A stretch of 62,853 nt of DNA, counting the filler, from Dicyema japonicum (Eukaryota > Animalia > Dicyemida): assembly GCA_011109175.1 (NCBI GenBank). It is 6 parts of 6 records of this genome, joined end to end, with 100 filler letters (N's around TTAATTAATTAA, not from the genome) between each part and the next. Parts side by side here need not be neighbours in the genome. Positions count along the whole stretch, not along the records: positions 47,008 to 56,428 come from RDEW01000250.1; positions 56,529 to 60,010 come from RDEW01000334.1; positions 60,111 to 62,853 come from RDEW01000066.1; 3 more parts are not named here. One strand, 5' to 3'. The notes below the pieces were generated by a model. That model saw only the letters and a list, made by a program, of their open reading frames with translations. It searched no databases and was not told the DNA's origin. The translations under genes and the position numbers were made by a program. Positions 51,790 to 62,853 of the stretch are shown in pieces (position 1 is the first letter of the stretch; every line of letters starts with the position of its first letter).

Positions 51790-53110
51790 TTATTATTATT
51801 ATTAAAGCACTTTCACTAAAGCCATAATGATTATAGCCCCGCATGTGCAACACTCAAAGAAACAATATTTATAGTTAGTCTTTTCCATCTTCCTCTGTCG
51901 AATGCGAGTGATCTCAATTCGTCCAGGTCGTCTCCCGTCTTTAAATTTTTTCTCACACGATTTAAGTCTTTGTTTAGGGCTGTCGGAAGTGTCGATCTAG
52001 GTCGTCCGCGGAAGGGTTTTTCGCATCTGTCAAAGTAATCTTCATCGCTTTGTTAGCGGGTGCGTCCGGGTTCATTCTTAGTACATGCCCAAATAGCCTC
52101 CACCGGGCATCTATCACATCCTTGCTGATGTAAGAACACATACACTTGTTGTAGATACCAGTGGTTGATATTCTACGTGGCCACTCCATTCCGAGTAAGC
52201 TTCCGAGTAAGCTTCTTAAGATTCCGTAAGTAAGCTTCTATGGAACGAATCCAGTTTGATAGTTCTTTGAAGGAACTTCCCGATGTCCCAGCGTTATACA
52301 GTAGGATCGGTTTCACAAACGCGTTTTAAAGCCTGCATCTAATGTCAATTCCAAGTCTTTGGCCCTTAGCCATCCTTTCTTCAGTTTAGCCATTGCCGCA
52401 TTTGCCAGTGTTTTCCTCCTCAGTACATCTTCAGCGTCTCCTAGTAGAGAGCCGAGCTTATTAGTACGTCTCCATCTTTCATGAGTAATATCGTCTTCTC
52501 TTTTGATTTCCGTAATTTCAGTTTTGTTAACATTTACGCTGAGAAACCATTTCTCAAGCTCCGCACGTGCATTTTCTAGCAGGTGTTGGAGTGCGGTCAC
52601 GTCCCGTGATACGAAATCCACATCATCCGCATAAGATCTCTCTTCTATGTCTCCTATATAGCATTTACGGAAGTCGCGNNNNNNNNNNNNNNNNNNNNNN
52701 NNNNNNNNNNNNNNNNNNNNNNNNNNNNNNNNNNNNNNNNNNNNNNNNNNNNNNNNNNNNNNNNNNNNNNNNNNNNNNNNNNNNNNNNNNNNNNNNNNNN
52801 NNNNNNNNNNNNNNNNNNNNNNNNNNNNNNNNNNNNNNNNNNNNNNNNNNNNNNNNNNNNNNNNNNNNNNNNNNNNNNNNNNNNNNAGAGGGAATCACCC
52901 TGGGGTGTCCTAATCGTTGTTTTGAAACTGCGGGAAGTTGCTCCTTCTGTCCTCACAGATAGTCTTGTGTTCGCAAGTAGTAGTCTGATTATCCTAACCG
53001 ACGATTCATCTAATATTTGCTCAAGCACATTCATCGTTTCTGTCTGTTTATTGAGTCGAAAGCTTCGGAGAGATTTATTCCCAACACGGTCGTTGTGCTA
53101 CCAAAAGATT
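51790..53110 (-). mobile_element. RTE family 2, 3' half with N gap and deletions
   Basis: LDSINRQKR, TPQGDSL, YADDVD, KLGSLLG and WRLFGHVLR motifs; (TAA)n tail at ~51789-51803. Confidence 0.9.
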
Positions 53111-53149
53111 TAGTGATTTCGTTGAAATATACAAACTTATTTCGGACAG

Positions 53150-54900
53150 TCAACTGGAACGAGAAGGATGTGCCAGTGTTAAGGAACAGGCGCTTATCAA
53201 TCTATTCATCGGGAATTTGGAAATTGCTAATATTCAACTGTGATTGGTATGAAAAAAGCGTTCGACTCGGTAAATCATGAATTTTTATTTCAATATTGGA
53301 ATGTTGTGGACTTGCTCGTTGGATTATTAATTTCATCATAAATCTAGTAACCAAGTGGCAAGTCAAATTGAATTTTAATAAACACAAATTGGAACAGTAA
53401 AGATGTCAAGCGTCTCCCAGCAATTTGTGGTTATGATGAATCCTCTGTTGAGTGGAAAATACCCTAAGTATATTAGTCAATCATCCACATCAATGGTAAC
53501 TTGTGTCACGAATCATCTGCTGTTATGGATGATTTGAAAATATTTGCTCAAGATAACAATTATTAGGATGATGACATTGAAATATTTTTGAATCAGCTGG
53601 ACTTTAGAAAACAATCTGGAATGCTTATCAAAGACAGCCAAGTATTAGGGTGGAACAGAGGATATCGATATCTTGGAGTGTTGTAACACTGAAGCAATTG
53701 TCATAGAAATTAGAAAAAGAATCGGAGGCACATAGGATGCAGAGAATATATTATGTTATGTTATCCAGTTAAGTCGTGTCCCACCCTTGGAGATCTCATG
53801 AACGAGTTTCCTCCACTCTACCCGATCCGTTGCAATTTGGAGTAGCCTTGATGTAGGCATTCCCGTGACGTCTTCCACTGTGGATAACCACCGAGTCCTT
53901 GGTCGACCAGGTCTTCTCTTCCCAGTAATATTTCTCAGCACAATGGTTCTTTCCAGTGAATCAGAGCGGACAACATGTCCAAAGAACGCCAATCCGTGTT
54001 TTACGATTCTTCCCTCTAGCGAAATGTCAGTCTCTACCCGTTTGAGTACATTGATGGTTGTTACTTTGGAAGTCCAAGGGATTCTTAGTAACCTCCTCCA
54101 GCACCACAGCTCAAATGCATTAATTCTCGCCTATCCGCCTTTTTCAATGTCCATGATTCTGCGCCGTACAAAAAAACCGGGAACACGATTGCATTAACTA
54201 ATCTGCATTTGGTTAACTAATGCAGAGAATATATTCAATAAGTGAATACGCACTCTCAGTCTACAATCACTATATTGGACTGATCAACATTGAACCATAT
54301 GAGTTTGGGGATGTCGAGGTTCGTTGTATTCTCTGAGGTACGGTTCTATATGAGATTTTCTGAGAGATAAATTTGGGAGAGGTTTAGAATCAGTTATGTC
54401 CAAGTGTGAATGTATTTCAATTCCTCCCTGATTTCTAGAGAAAATCTACTGTATGTCTAAGGAAGTGGGTACCCTGTGGGCCAATTTAAGGAAACATATG
54501 GAAACGATCGCAGGATTCCTGACTCAAAAGCATAAGCCGAATAATTCTCTCGAATTGAGTGTTCAAAAAATCAAACAAGTTCAATCTGGTTGTTTTTTAA
54601 AAAATTAATAAAAAATCATTCAGCATTATTCAAATGCCTAAAAAATTGTTGAAATTGTGTCATCTTCGAAATGTCTATCAAAAGGAAACCACGAGACCTG
54701 TCTCCTACAAGATTGAAATCTGTTTTTTGAAGATAAGGAATCGAACTGTAGCCATTGTAAATCTTAGAGAAGACAGTCGACCATCTGCAACAAGATGCAA
54801 TGGAATTCTGAATAGTGATTATGTACGACGTCACAATGAGCTGGAGTGGCTCAGTGTTACGAGTGCCGGGCAAGAGGCTTGATGACCCCTTAATCCCGCT
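53150..54900 (+). mobile_element. Old R4-like RT remnant interrupted by the BovB-like insertion
   Basis: TNHLL(F)MDDLKIFA before the insertion; EYALSVYNHYIGLI and ATRC...DYVRRHNE after it. Confidence 0.7.
53753..54219 (-). mobile_element. 5'-truncated BovB-like RTE LINE with a 16-bp target-site duplication
   Basis: FFGHVVRSDSLERTIVL...RRPGRPRTRWL...DRVEWRKLVH. TSD atgcagagaatatatt at 53737-53752 and 54220-54235; (TAACA)n tail. Confidence 0.9.
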
Positions 54901-55089
54901 GCTGTAAATTTTGGTTAAAAATTCCACGCATCTACGATGCTTTGGCTTGACGGGTGACCCGTCGTCAGTGAACATTTCACTGCGGAACCGGATCGTCTAT
55001 AAAAGACTCACTCCCAACAAAAAATGAAGTGAAGAGCATCCCTAGGTTTTCCCTCATCGATCAGTTATAATAATTATTCTTTGTTACAA

Positions 55090-56345
55090 TAACTATGCTT
55101 GGCCATGCAAAACAATTACGGCAAATACCACTTCCTGATAACACAGTCGCTAGAAATATCTGAAGATCTTTGTGATCAGTTGGTTTCTCGACTACGAATA
55201 ATAAATTCGCTATACAAGTTGAAGAGGGAACTGACACATATGCCAGATATGCTGCAGAAAGTACAATAATAGAAGATCTACTGTGTTTCGAACCATCTCC
55301 CGGAAGCCAATGAAATTTTGAATATAATTGATACATTTTTTGAAGAGAACGACATAGATGGATTAATTGTGCTGGACTTTGCACAGACGGAGCACAGTCA
55401 ATGTCAGGATACAATCAGTCTTCAAGCTCTTGCAAAAAACAGGGCATCGGAAATTATCTGGATGCACTGCATGCTTCACAGATCAGCACGTGTTTCAATG
55501 AATGAGTTCAGTACTCAACAATATTTTTAAAGTGATTCGAATGGTGTTTGAACTTAAAAATCAGGTTGCAGATTTTTTTAAAGAAGATGACATTGACGAT
55601 GCAAATTTGTTCAGGAATGATAATTTTATTGTCCAATTGCCTATTCAGTCTACATTTTTGGGAAATTGAGTGTATCAAATAAACCTATGCCGGGACCACT
55701 GCATCCATTCACTCAAAAAAAAGTAAAAGCATTCATAAAAATTGGTGAAATATCTATGACATGTTCCACTGCTAAGCATTTTTGCGTCATAGTCCACATT
55801 CAAGCAAACAAAGACATGTTTGCTGAACATTCGGATTGTTTGTCGCAGCATTTCGCTCATTATTTGAAAGATGTCGAGCGTTCCCATGGATACAGAATCT
55901 ATTTATTGATGAAGGTGATGAATTTGTATGACAATTTTTAAAACGGAAAAATTGATAGATTGAAACAAAATTTGAGAGAACCGCTAATTAAATTTGGTTG
56001 AACAGATATAAGGAATATGAAATTTTGTCGAAAAAAGCAATAAAGTTTTGTTGCCATTTGTTACCTCATATTTATGCAAGACTGAATTTTCTGCAATAAA
56101 TGCTATGAGATCTAAACATGAACTCGTTTGTCAGTGCATAATGAGCTACGAGTAGCACTCTCCTCAATGACACCAAGATTTCACAAAATTTGTGTCAAGA
56201 ATAAAAAAATTATCTACTAACTTTTTGTGTTAAAAAGTGGTTTCTGGTGAAAATAATATTTGTATTGTATCAGGGAATATTAAGGGAGGTGCAAGATTGT
56301 ATATTTTTTTCTAAGGGAGGGGTGTAAAAAAGTGTGGAAACCTCT
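55090..56345 (+). mobile_element. hAT (Buster/ZBED5-SCAND3-like) transposon relic with right TIR
   Basis: IDTFFEENDI...WMHCMLHR (CxxH motif)...ELRVALSSMTPRF; TIR-like gtgtggaaacctctg at ~56331-56345. Confidence 0.8.
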
Positions 56346-56538
56346 GGTAATGACAATTTTCTATATGTGGCTCTGAATAAGGTAAAGATTAGATTTATGA
56401 AATAAAGACCACGAAGCATGTTTCCCAGNNNNNNNNNNNNNNNNNNNNNNNNNNNNNNNNNNNNNNNNNNNNTTAATTAATTAANNNNNNNNNNNNNNNN
56501 NNNNNNNNNNNNNNNNNNNNNNNNNNNNAAATTTCCAG

Positions 56539-59500
56539 GCTGATGTGAGTATAAAAATGAGGGAAATTGGGTTCAGTCAGTCGAATCCCACCCAGTTCTT
56601 CTTCAGCAAACCAGGGATATTTCTTATTTCCTCCGCCAGTTGAACCCGAAGACCCGCCCTGGAAACTGATCCGGCCACGGAAGAAGACGAACATAGGTGT
56701 GGCCAAACAATATTTTCTAGTAATTCCATTCGAGGAATACAAATGCCTTCCGGTTTCGACTCCCTACACAAACTTTCGGATACATTCAGCAATGTCTGGG
56801 CTGAATAGCTAAATGTTTGTTTATAGGAAAAAAGACTTGAAACAACAAAGTGAGTTGAGCACTGAAGACGATGTTAGCGAAGATAATAAGCTACGATTGG
56901 ACAGTGTTTGGAATTCAGTTTTAGTTTAGACGACGAAACTCCAAGCAGACACGACGAATCCTCGAGTACGAAAGTTGTCACCTCGTCTGTCACAAATAGA
57001 TGTCTTTGAAAGTGCCAAAGACCGCCAGGATAAATTCATCTGATTCATTTCAAAAAGAAACGAAAGAACGAGGAAAGCGACCGTCTAACGAAGAATTAAA
57101 ACAATCGGGTTTAAAGTCGACAATAGACTGGTAGAAAAGAAAAACAGGCAAAGGGAGGACGAGGACATTAGCAAAGACTGGTCTAAAACACTATTGAACA
57201 CACTGTGGGTCGATTTCTCAGATTTTTTCACGTGTTTCCGGTAATGTCCAATGGAAGCATTAAACAGATATTTGTGCATATACCACCGAGCTCCGGCTTA
57301 CCTCTACAATCACAAGCATACATATATTCGGTTATCACAGATCACTAACAAAGATAAGAAATCAAGTCAAACACAGGTTTTCCTAGTCAGTTCAGAAAGC
57401 AAGACACTCCAACCAGACGAGAAGTTGCCAATGTTCATTTTGACGGACTCAGCCGATCAGATCGAGCTGCTAATCTCCATTACTGCCCTCTCCTTTACTG
57501 ACGGATCACTTCTTCAGACACCGACGCCAGTGAGCGAGCAAGATTCGGAAAATTGGAATCAAACAACGGTGGAATCAAAACGCCCGGACTCCACGTTCAG
57601 TTTATTGTGGAACAACACACCTGGAGGCAAGTAGAATTTGGTTCTTTGCCCTTTACTCGCACTTAAAACAACTGGCTCCCGATCTGAGATGCTGATTTTG
57701 CCAAAAGGGTCTGATCAACTAAACTAAATAGCCGACATGTACTACGCTGCATGGCAACGTCCACTTGGGGATATCACGTACAATTATTGTCAAACACGGC
57801 CTTCCACGTTCTTGACGAGGACGGGTTAATGGGCGTCTTGGCAAGGTACTCTGTCTTGTACATTCCACAGGACTCGGCCTGCTATGTAGAGAACGCCATT
57901 AATTTTGGACGCCAGTTCATCAATTGTCTGAATATGTGGAATGACCAGGCTGGACTGCGAGAACAGTGGCGAGCCTTTCACAAATTGCACTGTCCTTATG
58001 CCACGTTGAAGGAGGCGTCCCTGGAAGGTTATTTCGAAGTATAAATATGTTAATTGTGATTTAAGGCGTTCAACAAGATTCTCCTCAACGAAATCGCGGC
58101 CACAATAGGGAAGGCAACATGGACAGCTTCAAGTTCATCTTCGCTCACATTTTGGACTTTACTACACTGCACGATCGGAAAACCTCCAAAGGTTCTGCTA
58201 ATTCAAGTACATTCGAGTAGAAAACATTTTTAGATTCGTCAGAAATAAAAACCAAACATGTTAAAAAGGGTAGGCTTTATTCAGTGACCGAAAGGCACCA
58301 AAACCGAAAAAGGGACCGAAAGGCACTCAAAAGTATTCAATATTTGTCCATTAAATAATAGGAATGTCCCACCAGTCCCAAATGTATTTGTTGTCATTTA
58401 CTTCAGTTGGACTCCGGACGAATTAGTGGCGCGATCGTCAAACTGCATGCAGTCCTTCTTCCGCTCCTATTTCATAAGGAAAGTACTGCAGGGGCGCATA
58501 AAAACAAATAATATTAAATTCGAAGAATATGCTAAAAAATTGTCTGACCTCGGGGCTCAATTGGAGCCGAACATTGAACGTTTTTCTCTCAATATTTTTC
58601 GGTTTTCACTTTTGATTATTCCAGGTCAATTATGTCCCAGTTTCCATCTCTCAGTCGATTTTTCCCGTTCAACACAGGCGAATGGAATCACGTTGTGTTC
58701 TGCGACTATGTCGGGGCATACGCCGACCAGCCAGCAAATACGTGGTTTCTTCTCTTCCGGGGAGTTTTCCACGCGACCAAGGAATTCTCTTGGCTCCAAA
58801 AGTGTTTGCGAGTTTCTCCAGTTGTCGTCTCAGAGTAATCGACAACGATTCGGGACAAGAATTCTCCCGTGTGTTTGACCGAGTAGCTCCCGCGATCTAC
58901 AGACCAAATCAAGTATCCGTTCCTTATATACGCTTAGAACGGCTATACATTTTTTGCGGAGGGAGTGACAAAAGGCACCCCGCTTCCCGGAGGAAAGTGG
59001 AAACTGCGCTTAGTGGGAGAACACAGCGCCCTTCCTACTCCTGAGAAAAACGAAGTCACCCACAACTTTTATGTTCGAGAGATCATGGACTACTACGTCC
59101 CCTGGAAACTGCCATTTTTGCCAAGTTTGTTTAAACTACAAATTGCAGTTACCATGTGCACGCCTTTGAGAATCACGCGGCGACTGTGCGCGTGGAGACG
59201 TCGCATCCGGAGATTCCCATTCTTATGGAATTATTCGACTCGAATAATTTGGTCCAATCAGCACGTGGAATAGGCTCTGCTATATTTCCTGTGGTCGAAT
59301 TCAGAGGGGAAATGTCCCTCACTGTAAGTTCCCTCAGCTACGACTGGCCAATGTCGCCGACCGAACAAGAATTCGTCGAAACTCTCCGCGTTCTTGACGC
59401 CAACGAACTAAACAGTAGACATTCGGGCAATTTATGTCAAGTACACACACAAAGAGAAACCATTCCTGTCAATGTTGACAAGAAACTACTCAAAAAGAAG

Positions 59501-60010
59501 GAAAAGCCAAAAAGCGAATCCCAGTGGAGTATTTTGACAATTCGAAACCCCATTGGATTCTGAAATTGTCAGTTGTTCCAGTCGATACGTATGGCAGCTC
59601 ATTTAACGTCCCAGGATGACATTGAGGTCATCAAAAGCATCAACAACAACGAGAGACTAAAGGCAGTCAAAAAGGCGTGGGAGGATGCCGAGCCGGGGCG
59701 GTATGTCAAAGTATTGCCACTTTATACAAACTAGTCGATGCATTCCCGCCTCGAGTATTACAAATCCCAGAATATCGACATCAATTCAGAGACTGACGAC
59801 AGAATTGACCAAGTCCTGCAAAACTGTATAAACCAAGCCAAGCAAGTCCTCGTGGAAGTCGACGTTTCCCATTTAAAACAGTTATTCTGACTGTTCACGT
59901 GCAGGGAGACGAGCGATGACTCAATTGTTTTGAATGATGAAGTCATCGAGTCCTTGATCGAGGAAAAGGAAAACAATTTGCGGGCCTTCAATGACTGGCA
60001 CCAGGACCGT
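56539..60010 (+). CDS. ADGB: Androglobin, partial (5' calpain part and 3' end outside this contig); ~20 ultrashort introns and ~9 apparent single-base frameshifts
   Basis: Spliced segments match remembered human ADGB in order: PPWKLIRP, LWVDFSDFFTCF, DSADQIELL, LPKGRHVL, globin E-F region ending FHKLHCP, IQ-like MQSFFRSYFIRK, DQPANTWFLLFR, KWKLRLVG...REIMDYYVP, WPMSPTEQEFV, KPHWILKL, KKAWEDAEPGR. It may be a functional gene with sequence errors or a pseudogene. Confidence 0.9.
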
Positions 60011-60116
60011 NNNNNNNNNNNNNNNNNNNNNNNNNNNNNNNNNNNNNNNNNNNNTTAATTAATTAANNNNNNNNNNNNNNNNNNNNNNNNNNNNNNNNNN
60101 NNNNNNNNNNGAATAG

Positions 60117-61748
60117 AGAAACGGATTGTATTTTGTCAAAATTCAAATCAAGCGGGATACTGGACGCCAATTTGAACTGCCTTTCAAAAGGAAAGAAGAT
60201 TCTGTGATTTATGTAAGTTCAATGTATTTCCACGTAGAGTCCAAAAAAGTCGCAACTTTTAGATGAGCCATTATATTGGCTTTCTTTTGCTAGAGAGGTT
60301 GTGAAGGTAAATTTTACGGATTCTGATTTTTTGGAATTACTCAACAACATAATCAATTGGTGGATTTGTTATATTAATGTATTAGTGTCCGGGAGTTTGA
60401 ACACGATGGTCATGTGAAAGGACAATTAATTCGATTTACGAGCTCATTTTTAAATCAAGATTCTTCCGAAGAAGAGAATAATCTTGCTGCCATAAAAGAA
60501 TTCGATTCTGCTATTAGTCGGAGTCCTGATTGTGGTTGTTTTTATTTTCCTATTTTAGCTTCGTTAAGAGTTGAGTATTTGGATTTTTGTGTTTATCTGG
60601 CAAGAAAATCTGGAAATGATTGTAAATATTCTTCTCAGATACACGAACAAATTTCTAAATGCATTGACTGGTTATTGTCGACAAATTCAGTCATTTCTAT
60701 ACTGCAGAAATTATTAGTTTTATTGGTTTGAGTGAGGGAATGTGATTATAGATTGACTTTTGTGCGAATATTCAATTACTTGATAAAGCTAAACAACTCA
60801 CATTACTTGGATGCCGTTACTTGGAGCAAAATAGTTGTGAGTTTTCTGCCTTCCCATTTTGGCAAAGAAGAATCAAGTTGGATATTATCTTGGGGATGTA
60901 TTCTTGCGCTATAAGTTCGATAAAATCATAGGTTCATCCAAATAAATCCAACCAGCCGCTTGCGTTTTTTAAAGGACTACTCACAAAACACAAAAATCAA
61001 CAGAAATGGGCANTACTTGGATGCCGTTACTTGGAGCAAAATAGTTGTAAGTTTTCTGCATTTCCATTTTGGCAAAGAAGAATCAAGTTGGATATTATCT
61101 TGGGGATGTATTCTTGCGCTATAAGTTCGATAAAATCGGTAATGGAGTCATCCATGCCTGACGATCAAGTCATGACCCTTTTGGGCTTACTTTTGTCTCA
61201 TATGAACATGAATGGAAAGCGAAATGAAGCTCTTGAATTGTTGGAGTCATATTCTCATAATCGGAGATGTTTGCCACTCCAAGAATGCTTTATCCGTCTA
61301 AAGGCCTCGTCCGTTCCATCAATAGAGTGTCTTCTTAAAGATGATTATAAACGGTGTGGTTAAAGTTGCAATATACTTTTAGACTATCTTCATTCAGACC
61401 ATATAGATACTCATTCTTCCAGACAGTCATTGATATTATTCTAGAATATGAGGTTAAGTGAATATTTCTATTATGATAGGCTTGTGGAGGTTCCATCAGG
61501 TGGGAAATGGTTTCTCAGGTTTTGGAGGACGCCGTTACTAAGACGGGGCATGATGAACCGAGTTAGGGTTGAGTTAGTAATTTATAGAAGCATGGTTGTT
61601 ATACATTGAACTAGATGGGAGATTGAATGGCTATAAACAATTAGCAAATTTGGATTGGAGAGCACTTAAATGTCTCAATAAAGACAAAGTTTGTGCTTAT
61701 ATTGAAGCAGTGGCTAAATTTAAATCATGTGAAGGAGTCATTTATTAA
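60117..61748 (+). CDS. UTP6: UTP6 (U3 snoRNA-associated protein 6), 3' portion
   Basis: Introns 60213-60237, 60360-60385, 60726-60751, 61354-61382, 61453-61479 and 61562-61587 (25-29 nt) give an open frame. It ends FRPYRYSFF...LEDAVTKTGHDEPKAWLLYIEL...DWRALKCL...AYI, matching the UTP6 C-terminal HAT repeats (human RPFSVDFF...DLWMDYMKEE...YWRAMKML). A 125-nt exon segment is duplicated at 60803-60927 and 61014-61138. Confidence 0.8.
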
Positions 61749-62090
61749 TTTTTTTAAAATAAATGATGGGTTTTATAAGCATATTCAGAAAAGATCATAT
61801 CTCTAATTCATATACTGATTAGGTGAATTATAAACTGTAGCTTCAAATGTGGGGATCTGAGTCAATACGCCACTATTGAATAAAGTTAAAGTTTAACATA
61901 AAAAGACGGATGTTTCTGTTTTCGACAAAATGTGTGAGTAAGAAGTGAGATAACTTTAATAGAAGTTGGAATCATTCTGCTTCGAATAGTAATATCTTGT
62001 GGTTTAAACTTTCGATTTTTTAGCATTTCAACAAGAACGTAAAAATTCGTATGAAAATTATTAATGAACGGTTTCTGGTGTATATTGAAN

Positions 62091-62853
62091 TCAATTTACC
62101 TATTCGCTACGGTGGCATCGGTATCCGCTCCTGCGGTGACTTATCCCTGCCATGTTACCTATCATCGTTGTCCGCTTCAACTAATTTCGTCAACTCTGTT
62201 CTTCTTCCCTTTTCTGAACAGTGTGAGTTGTCGGAATATGCTGCAGGCGTCAACGTGTGGGTCTCTCGCGGGCTTAATATCCCGGAAGTTCGCTCAGTTC
62301 AAAGGAACTGGGATGACATCTATTGCTCACACATCCTGGGAAATATCCGCTCACACGCCGACCAGTTTCAGCTGGCAAGCATTAACTGCGCCTGCCAACC
62401 CCATTCGGCCGATTGGCTCAATGCGGTACCGATCGCGACAGCAGGTATGCTCCTGGACAGCGAATCGGTCCGCATCGGTATCTGTGTACGCCTCGGCATT
62501 GAGATTTGCCAGCCACATCGGTGTAGATGTGGCAAACTCATCGACAGGAGGGGATTACACCCTCTCTCTTGTCGCCTCAGTGCCGGCAGGATCCCCAGGC
62601 ACGCGGCATTAAATGACGTCGTAAAGCGCGCGCTCAACGCCGCTGGATTCCCCTCAGTACTGGAACCAGTCGGTCTAGACCGTGGAGACGGCAAACGCCC
62701 GGACGGGTCCACATTGTTCCCTTTCAAGATGGGACTTGCCCTCGTATGGGATGTGACCTGTGTCGACTCGTTTTCGCCGTCATCGCTTATGGACTCTGCC
62801 TGTCGCCCTGGATCTGTCTCCGCTCTTGCCGAAACCAAGAAAGTCTCGAAGTA
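62091..62853 (+). mobile_element. CRE-like element, stop-free RT-thumb/CCHC/REL frame running off the window (missed by the ORF track)
   Basis: Frame from 62096: LPIRYGGIGIR...CRCGK...HPLSC...RHAALND...RPDGSTLFPF...WDVTCVDS, about 250 codons with no stop. Confidence 0.92.

Noticed and set aside
57251-59563. Track ORFs 57251, 57751, 58426, 58682, 58965 and 59156 read as separate genes or a Ty3/gypsy element
   Set aside because: They are ADGB exons plus intron read-through; no gag, protease or integrase motifs and no LTRs.
62064-62838. ORFs 62064-62612 (+) and 62368-62838 (-)
   Set aside because: Off-frame or antisense shadows of the GC-rich CRE coding frame.

Overview
AT-rich eukaryotic (animal) scaffold window dominated by decayed transposable elements. 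Non-LTR retrotransposons belong to RTE, R4-like, CRE-like and Jockey/I-like groups; DNA transposon relics are hAT and pogo/Tigger types. The ORF track misses most host genes because they are split by ultrashort (about 22-33 nt) GT-AG introns. Manual splicing gives: (1) a complete two-domain LAMP-like type I membrane protein gene (5043-6337, minus) and a truncated paralog (22940-23510); (2) a ZDHHC22/24-like gene (37625-38430) whose DHHC motif reads AYHS, losing exactly the catalytic triad while keeping the zinc ligands, so probably a pseudoenzyme; (3) a partial androglobin (ADGB) gene (56539-60010) with intact splice sites and no nonsense codons in the aligned exons, but about 9 single-base frameshifts, nearly all of them one base missing; (4) the 3' part of UTP6 (60117-61748). 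Metazoan genes plus ~25-nt introns suggest a dicyemid mesozoan or a similar reduced animal (inference). Five 100-nt N/TTAATTAATTAA/N linkers and several single-n joins are assembly artefacts and limit any synteny claims. All homology calls come from remembered family motifs, not database searches; no prokaryotic features, RNA genes or CRISPR arrays were found.
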